The notes under the pieces were generated by a model. It saw nothing but the letters and a program-made list of their open reading frames with translations, was not told where the DNA came from and did not search any database. From contig JAHLTZ010000012.1 in NCBI GenBank assembly GCA_025786725.1, positions 310,001 to 374,000 on the forward strand: a DNA stretch of 64,000 bases, written 5' to 3'. The stretch's first letter is position 1. Each line of letters begins with the position of its first letter. The translations under genes and the position numbers were made by a program. Below are positions 53,084 to 64,000 of the stretch, in pieces. Origin of the DNA: Syncephalis fuscata S228 (lineage: Eukaryota > Fungi > Zoopagomycota).

Positions 53084-56000
53084 ATGACGTTCCAACCGAC
53101 AAAAACGCCTTGTGGTTTGACCGACCGTGAAGCAGAACAGTAAGACGAGAGATAATAGTAGAAATACAAGGCGTAATATCTAGTACTGTTTATTAGGGCT
53201 CTATTTCATGATTTAGAACAAATTATCAACCAACGGCGAACAGCGCGTCGTCATCTTACCTATTGTAAGTCACAAATAAGAAAGCTAATAGAAACGTTGT
53301 TATATAATAAGCTTTAGTAACCTTTGACCTATTCAGACCTTAATTTAGCCTTTGCACAACCGGAATCAGTGGCCATTCTCCTTTCCGGTTTGTTAATACT
53401 TTCATTCTATGGATATACCCGCGGTTTAGGCCATGCCTATGCAATTGAAGATTTAATAGCGGGTATCGGCTCCATAGTCGTGTTTATACTTAATGGTAAT
53501 GTTATATTACAAGAGAAACGATTGGCCGACGTTGAGATGTTTGATCGAGCTGAATCGTTAGTCCATAAGCTTTCAAAGCATAGCTTCCAATATAACGAGG
53601 TAGATAGTGACTATTAATACAATTAACATATAATAGTAGTACTAATTATGGTATATTAGATATATCAACTGCCAGATATGCCATCGATCAGAATGGTACG
53701 CGTCATTCGTAATGGTGTCCGTAGACGTCTATTTACAAACTTGTTGGCCAAGGGTGATGTTATTGAATTGACACTTGGTGAACAAGCACCAGCAGATGCA
53801 TTGCTGATCACCGACCAAACGGCAACTGATAATCAGGAGCCATTTATTCTAAAGGGTCAGGCTTGTTTTATGCCATCTAATGAAACGATATCTGGCCATG
53901 CTGTACAAACATACTACGCATTTGAACTGCTTAGCACACCATTCAGTAACACACTAGATGATATGTTGGCCACTGAACGACCCAAGAGTTCATTTGAGAA
54001 TGAATTGAGTCGATTACGATGGATATGGCAGCGGGCCACCTGTTTCGTATTTGGCCTTACTATTATTGTCGTTACTCTGCGCTTTATTCTAATGGATATT
54101 GTGGAAGTGAAGCGCCATGACCGAGTATTTGAAGCTTATATCCAAGTGGTCTATGTATTAATGCCAATGCTACCCTCGGGTATTATAACACTATTACATG
54201 TTTGTCGTTTATGTGCAACAGCTCGTTTAATCACTTTATTTGAATTACTTCAAGCATCGGATTCGGCATTTGAAGAGCGCGAAGAAGTCGATGAGTTTGA
54301 TCAAGAAGCTCCACCACCCACTAAAGAAGTTCATGTTAAATTTGGTAAGTTATAATATATACAATATATTCAAGGTTTAATTAGTTACTAATATCCATAT
54401 TGAATACTAGTTTCTCTACTTCGTAAAATGTTTTCATTATTACGTGGCAAAGAACAGCGCTACTTAACGCGCTCTGTAGACATTATTGCCTCGCTTGGTA
54501 GAATGACCAATGTGTGTGCTCTAGATCGTGAAGGCACGCTCTGTGCAGTAAGTAGCACTTTTTTCATTATTAACAATATATTAATATAATTACTAGTCTG
54601 TACCTACACTAAACCAATTGCTTGTACCTAATGCCGACGATGATATGGTCATGCTTGATGTAGAAGAAGATGCTATTAACGTTCATTTTGAAGATGCATC
54701 ATGGCAGGACTATATATCTACACTAAAGCCATTAGGCCTTAACTTTGCTCTAAATTCTAATTGCTGGCATGGATTACAGCTGGCACCATTATTAGGTGCC
54801 CACTTTCAAATGAAGCTAAATACCGACTCGGCACCACTACCGCCGCTTATTCGATCGATGGCCCGTCAAGCGTGTCTTTGTCGTGCTGCCACGGAAATAG
54901 GCTTTACACCCATGGCTATTGAAAAGTTTAAACGACGTGGTACCATCTATGTTGGATGGGATCAAACGAGTGACGTGGCACTCGCCATTACTGAACCCAA
55001 TAGTGAACAGCCATCACTGACTGCTTCCCTATATGAAGAGACAGAAAATGGCACCTTTCAACTATTAAGTGAAGGTGATCCAGGTATTCTATTGACTTGT
55101 TGTGCCGATTACTGGGATGGTCAGTGTCTAGCTCCCATCAGTGAAGATATGCTTCGCAAGTTAATGGATTTCCAACAAACGGCCATTATGAATGATCTGG
55201 CCTGTATTGCATTTGCATATAGACCAATGCAATCTACCGACTTGACACCCGATGATCTAAATAAGATTACTGCATTATCTAACAATGATCCATCAGCACC
55301 ATTATCGACTATATCACCTTCATCAACACTATATACAACACTTGGCAGTCCTAATAATCCAGAAAAGCACTCTTCTAGTGCATCTAATCTATTAGATAAG
55401 CAAATATTTCTTGGTTATGCAACACTGTCATTACAACCAAAAGCGGTAAGTAATCTCGTAATATCATTTATTTATTCATTTAACTAAATATATATTATAG
55501 GATGTACGTGAGTTTATAGAGGATTTAGGCATGTCAGGTATTCGATTTGTATACTTTTCAAAGTTACGTGAACAACCAAGTAAAGGTGAGTAGTATGAAT
55601 ACATCGTTGTCTATTTATAATTAATTGACTAATCGATTAACAGCATTTGGTGACCGAGTTGGACTGGATACCGATTGGAATTCATGTATCATTCTATCAT
55701 CATATGAAGAAGGGATGGCCAACAGTCAAGGTTACAGTGAACAACATGACATTAAAGCACGGTTACCACGAGGTGTTCAGCAGATTAGACATCATTTAGA
55801 GCATGTAGATGATATCCCATTACATGTATCACTATTTGCCGAATGCTCACCCGAATCGAATATCGGTATGATAGAGACATTCCAGCAATATGGTGAAGTC
55901 ATTTGTGCTATGGGCAGTGTGTTGGATGATTTAAATGATTTACAATTTGCTAGTGTAAGTAGTTAGTTAGATGTATATGCTTGATTAGATACTAATTATT

Positions 56001-57292
56001 AATTATTTAATAGGCTAATATAGCGATTGGTATCGAGCCATTACCACGACATGTCCATCAACGGGATACTAGCTATTCAAGAGATGACAAGACTGAACAT
56101 CAGGGACGAGTATCGGCACTGGCAGTCAGCACTATGTTAAATAGACTGGCATGTTCATTTACTATGAAGCACGATACAAGTCTTTATGTATTAAATCAGT
56201 TGATCGGTGAAGCACGTCAGTTTCTTTCAGCATTTAGACAGGTAATTAGTAATATTTATTAAAAGTTGATTTATTGGTATTAATACTGTATTAAGGCTAT
56301 TGCTTTCTTTGCTCTTTGTTCCGTGTCTCTTTGTTCAATTCTGTTCATCTCTGCCTGTATGGTATTGCCTCAAGCTTTATCGGCCGGTGAAACCATATGG
56401 ACAATTACCATTATATTGCCTGTATTGGCCTTTTCGCTTATTAATGCCCCGCAAGATCCAGATATTATGAAACTCATGCCAGGTAATCGTGTTATTATGA
56501 CGGTTGACATATATCGATATACTAATACTGATATATAAAAGGTAAAAATGCCGAACATCTTAGAGTGTGGTGGCCAACTGCTATGGCTTATGGTACTCGA
56601 ATCATTCTTCCTACGGGCATGTGTATTGTTGTATTTGTACTGTAAGTATCATGACTATTTATTTGCTATTATTAAACATTAATGAATTGGTTTAAAGGTC
56701 ACTGGCCTCCTGTTTAAAGGCTAGTGCGACCACGGCATTTGTATTTGAAGATCACCAATTATGGTATGATTTGGGTGAACGGGAACAGCAAGCGATTCGA
56801 TATGCCAGACAATGTTGTATATTTGCCTATGTTTACTTTATGGGTAAGTTGATTATGGTGGACAATCTAGTGAGTCTATGGCTTACATTGTATATAACAC
56901 GCTAGTTTGGTTATCGGCGGATTTCAACATCGTACTTTGTCCATGTGGACGCTACAGCCTTTCCGTAACGTACACTGGCTAATTACCATTTTTGTGGTGT
57001 AAGTTGTAAATAGTCTGTATAAAAGATGGTATGTTAATTATTGCATAGCATTATAGCCCAAGGAATATACACTTATGTTACCATGTCGGCCACACCGCCA
57101 TCAGGTGCCACAGATTCTTACTCTTTTCTTGATTTGCCATGGTATATTTACTTTATGGTATTTGCTTGGCCAATTGTTTTTATGCCAGTACAGGAACTCG
57201 TTAAATGGAGGGAATGTGTTCACTATACACAGCTCCAAAAGCGAAGAAAATTAGAATTTAATACAAAGCTGGGCATGCATTCCCCAGTTTAA
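53084..57292 (+). CDS. TMEM94: TMEM94 (ERMA; P-type-ATPase-like ER membrane protein) homolog
   Basis: DEFDQEAPPP, ALDREGTL, IEDLGMSGIRFVYFS, GLDTDWNSCIILS, ARLPRGVQQIRHHLEHVDDIPLHVSLF, C-terminal KLEFNTKLGMHSPV. Confidence 0.88.
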
Positions 57293-57594
57293 TTGTTTAA
57301 TATAGGAATGCTTATACTGATTGATTATACAAAGATTTGTATGTTTATTATACTTTTTGGTTATTGTTTGACTATATACGCATCAGTGTAATAAATAAGC
57401 ACGTTGTTTTTATACTTGTAGCCTTTGAAGATGTAGACTTTGCTATGTGTTAATTGATAATACAGCATGGTCACTGATGTTACACGAGTTACTAAGCTCC
57501 TTTGACAGTTAATAGCAGTATAAAATAGCGAATTCCAGTTGTTAAAAGTGCTTATTAATTCATTGCTATTTTGTTACAATGTGTCAATAACGCT

Positions 57595-57919
57595 ATGAAG
57601 GCTTTAACTACTGTTGTCTCTATCTTTGTCATTGCATTGATGCCTAGTATTGCTGTAGTGGATGCTACACCAGTTCCGCTGTCGCAAACACCAAGTACGT
57701 TTTGATCTGAAATAGACGATACAGAATTGACCAACATGCTTTTACAACATCATTAATGACGTGCTAAACAATGCGCTAGATAGTTGGTAAGGAGAACCGT
57801 AATTATAATTAAGATATGGAACCGACTTTTTGCTTTAAGCCAAAGTTGCTATTTTAGTTCGTAGGATAAATTTAATACGAATGCCTAACGTTACTTAATT
57901 TCCAGCATTGGCACAATAA
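57595..57919 (+). CDS. Second secreted micro-exon peptide gene (predicted MKALTTVVSIFVIALMPSIAVVDA-TPVPLSQTPIVPLAQ*)
   Basis: Exon 1 at 57595-57694 (33 codons+A, donor GTACGT); gatag|TTG|gtaagg 57784-57786; tttag|TTC|gtagga 57858-57860; 45-nt intron with ctaac branch and ttccag acceptor; last exon 57906-57919; signal exon homologous to 29838-29931. Confidence 0.72.
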
Positions 57920-58966
57920 GCTTATTTTACACTGTTTTAGCAAAACTATGTAACATGATATTTACTAATTAGTAAACTATTATTTATTAATCAGTAAAAT
58001 ACAATAAAAGATTTGGTATGTTTAAGTTCGAAAATGTATTGTATATATGATAGCCGGTCAGCCATCATTATGCTATAAATACTGATAATCACTTTATACA
58101 ATAGTTTTTATTTTTAATAAAACCATTTCATTTTTTGTATGTTCAAGTATCTATAAAGTACTTTATAATTACTCTATAATAATAGCAATATGTTTTTATA
58201 CATATATTTGTAATTAGTATGTGGCTAGCATATAATAGAATAATATATTATGGCGTGGGCATATAATGTTAATAATATAAGTGCGTAAAATATATATGCA
58301 TATTGGATAATAAATATACAATAATGAGTATTTGATAATTGATGTCATTCATCATCTGGTTTCATGTGCAATAAAAATAATGTTTGGTTTAAGTTGTGTG
58401 AATATTATTAAATATAGCCATTTGACCATCAAATTACGCTAAATATTAACATTAACAAATGTATTATAGCACGAAATGATACACAACGTAGCGTAATAAC
58501 AATAGCAGGAATAAATAAAATAACTGAATAGACTACCTATATCATACGCTGTCTCTATTCCCAAGTAGCCAAAAGTGCAATATAATACTTTTATAATATA
58601 TGCATACCATATATTTCTATACAGCATATTACAGTTAATATTTATCTTATAGTAATACATTTATTTAACATGATGGGCAATATCAGTATTCACTGCTACA
58701 GCACCAATCATCACAATATAACACTATTTAACTACTATTTGAAATTACCCAAATGTATAGTATTGGCGATTTACACAATTTAAAGCATTAAATATTTAAT
58801 ATGTTGTTATTACTGTTTGAAATGTTTATATACATAGTATTAATAATTTACACAATTTAAAACATTAGACAATTACTCAATATGTAATAATTTATTTGGC
58901 TTGCATATTTAATACATGTAATGTTCAAGTTATTTGTACTAAATGTTTGCAAATAAGCTACTTTAT

Positions 58967-60268
58967 TTATAGCATATATGTTTCGTAAACTCCATTTTTC
59001 ACGTCAAGTCGACCAATAACAACACTTGATGCACAATATTCAGAACATTCCAACGTTTCATCCTCAGTTGGAACTGGTAAACGTGTTGTTTCAATGGAGC
59101 CTAGAGACTCGACCTTTTTGTCATTTTCGGTTTGCTTTTTAGTAAGATGTGTTGATGAGTTGCAGATAAGGCCAGTATGCATGTCAACAAACCAAGTTTT
59201 TTTGCGATTTTCGTCAAATATTGTGCATAACGATCCAAGAAACGGAGTGAGCTTTGAATAGGAGGGACAAGTAATCAAACGTAGTAGATTTCCATCTCGA
59301 GCATCCAGTACATCAAGCTTTTGACGGCTTTGAACAACAATCAGTTTCTCGCTATACAAACCTTCAATGAAACTATTATTTACAGTTCGAGTCCATAGTA
59401 GACGTCCTTGATCAGAACTATCAATTGGCAATTGTTCGTTGTAATATCCAGTGTCGAATATTGAATGAGGCGAGTCATTTGATGAAAACTTCCCCAGTAT
59501 AAACAATGATAGCAAAGCTTCGTAATCATATGATAGAACATCGTTGTAGCCTTTGACATAGACGCCTATAGTTACTAAGCATATTCTTCCTGAATATGAT
59601 TTGACCTCAATTTTGCTCTCTGGAAGATCTGGAACAATAACATGACCCGATAGTATTTTTTTACACTGAGATTGACCCTTGTGAGCATTAAATAGCTCCC
59701 ATTGGACCTTTAGTAATCCGTTGTCGCTGTCAATAATTTGTGAATCTTGAGTATAGACATTTGTAAAGTCAGGATCAGTTTCTACAAAAACAAACATTTC
59801 CCATGTCAGAAATTGGCATTGATCTTGAGAAGCGAACTGAATGCAAGTGCGTGATGTAAAGCTAGTCAATGTTGGACCTTTTATCAATTGATTTCCATTT
59901 GGATAAATTAAATAGGTTGTATAGTAATCTTCTGCCAGAGTCTGTGCGTTTAAAAGCATCCAATCATTATAAATGTGATACGAATAATATGGATCTTTTA
60001 CTTCCATGTAGTTATCTTTGTGTGGTTCTAGTTGAATAATATTGGGGTTTGAATTGCCAGTAACAGGCCATACTGCCATGGCAGGTCTATTATTCATTCT
60101 TATTTTCTTTGAAGATGCAGAACTTGGGGAGAAAATGGCCAATTTATCTAAAATAGTAGACTCTTTAGATTCATTTTCTCTAATGTATTGAGCTTCCATT
60201 TCAGACAAATTAACTATTGTAAATAGTATTAGTAAATACTTGATATAGTTATCATTAATAATTGTCAT
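58967..60268 (-). CDS. Hypothetical lineage-specific beta-rich protein; upstream region (to ~60.86 kb) looks like a decayed N-terminal exon, possibly F-box-like
   Basis: 433-codon open frame; upstream fragments such as QWFYAYN*RRQINRNF contain stops. Confidence 0.5.
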   Translation of the reverse strand: MTIINDNYIKYLLILFTIVNLSEMEAQYIRENESKESTILDKLAIFSPSSASSKKIRMNNRPAMAVWPVTGNSNPNIIQLEPHKDNYMEVKDPYYSYHIYNDWMLLNAQTLAEDYYTTYLIYPNGNQLIKGPTLTSFTSRTCIQFASQDQCQFLTWEMFVFVETDPDFTNVYTQDSQIIDSDNGLLKVQWELFNAHKGQSQCKKILSGHVIVPDLPESKIEVKSYSGRICLVTIGVYVKGYNDVLSYDYEALLSLFILGKFSSNDSPHSIFDTGYYNEQLPIDSSDQGRLLWTRTVNNSFIEGLYSEKLIVVQSRQKLDVLDARDGNLLRLITCPSYSKLTPFLGSLCTIFDENRKKTWFVDMHTGLICNSSTHLTKKQTENDKKVESLGSIETTRLPVPTEDETLECSEYCASSVVIGRLDVKNGVYETYML

Positions 60269-61376
60269 TATTTACCTACTGAGTTACCAATGTCCACAGA
60301 TTTTACATCATCATATGTGTTTGCAATAATACGAGCCACAACAAATTAACGTGTTCCATTGGCAGGGTAGATTTGAAGAATTCGACCAAATAAAATGATA
60401 CTGATAAAGACCTAGTCAACTTTCTCCAAGTCAATTCCACGTTTCTGTGTTTATATCTTTTGCAAACATATCATGCTAAATTAACCAAATCCTTAATTTT
60501 TCTGCGTCTTGCATCAATGCGTACCATGAATTTACTTTGATTAATTCTAGACGCTTGGGTTCATTAACTGGCCATTGGCATATTTGCTTTTTTAAATTGG
60601 TCTGTCATAAAATTGCGATTAATTTGTCGACGTCAATTATAAGCATAAAACCACTGAGTGGCAGTAAGATTGTAAAATAATGGTAAATGAGTAGCAGGCG
60701 GTATAAATTTATTAATGTAAGTATTAACAGGTCCAATAGTAATTGATAACAAAAGCCGGCAAAATGTCTAATTTACATAGGATTTAGCCTTATTTGATTT
60801 TGCTATCGTAATAAATGCAAATTATACCATTTAAGCCATTCTTGTTCTTGTCGATCATTTAGACAAAATGTTTGTGTATTTTTCTTCCCAATAATTGAAC
60901 TGATTAGCTATTGTTTTATAAATAAACCGATAACTGGCGGCAAAAAGCACCAGCTCTTGGCCTTCTATGAAACTACACAAATACAGCAAAATATCATATT
61001 TTGCCAAAAGCGTTCACTATGAGTGTTTAAAAACATGGTTAATAGCCGCTTAAAACTGCTACGCAATAGATGAAAGTAAAAGAACAACCTTATATGTTTG
61101 CTATTTAAATGATCTATCTAAAGTATAATGGTTACACCGTTACTTGTGTTTATTAAATATATATAACTATTGCTACTATTTTATTTGTGTAAAAGATATA
61201 TACTGAAATCGCATAAAATTGTCGATAAAAGCTATATATAGTTTTAAATTATTTAATATATAATTTGTTACTACAAGCTTAATTATATTTTGATATCAAA
61301 TCTTAATTAATTCATACTATAGTAATTTATACTGGATGGCTATAGTATTACTATTTTAATAACAATTATAATTTTA

Positions 61377-63961
<2,585 letters not shown>

Positions 63962-64000
63962 TCTAATTCATCATTAACCCACTAATATCATTTATAATAA

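Noticed and set aside
58050-58900. More micro-exons (gatag|CCG|gtcagc at 58054) and a ~77-bp duplication at 58770/58848
   Set aside because: Weak donor, downstream of the predicted stop, and the duplication has no AG/GT pair.

Overview
Gene-dense, AT-rich eukaryotic DNA with many short GT-AG introns. It is probably an early-diverging fungus, possibly Zoopagomycota/Syncephalis-like (inference only). Housekeeping genes: prolyl oligopeptidase, LAT-type amino-acid permease, SIRT2/Hst2 sirtuin, a single-pass membrane protein, signal peptide peptidase, DDX59, mitochondrial L2, COG1, EPL1, GCN2, MED16, an Abf2/TFAM-like HMG protein with an H1-like tail, TMEM94 and a 5'-truncated PRP5/DDX46. Mobile DNA: an intact ~7 kb APE-RT-RNaseH LINE with a 19-bp TSD, a ~2.2 kb MULE with TIRs and TSD, and a LINE ORF1 relic. 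The main discovery is absent from the ORF track: a family of small secreted-peptide genes built from 3-nt micro-exons. At 27.9-28.8 kb (- strand), an 83-bp 'satellite' is an array of ~80-nt introns each separated by a 3-nt exon. It joins in phase 1 to a signal-peptide exon at 29838-29931 and gives MKLSIVIVCIFVVAFVGSTAMVDA-KSALIRR-DPGVGAAAE*. A paralog with a homologous signal exon and two 3-nt exons lies at 57595-57919 (+). A third, decayed array (4.6 kb / 11.8-12.3 kb, +) is split by the LINE. Several conserved genes show single-base frameshifts that suggest assembly indel errors.
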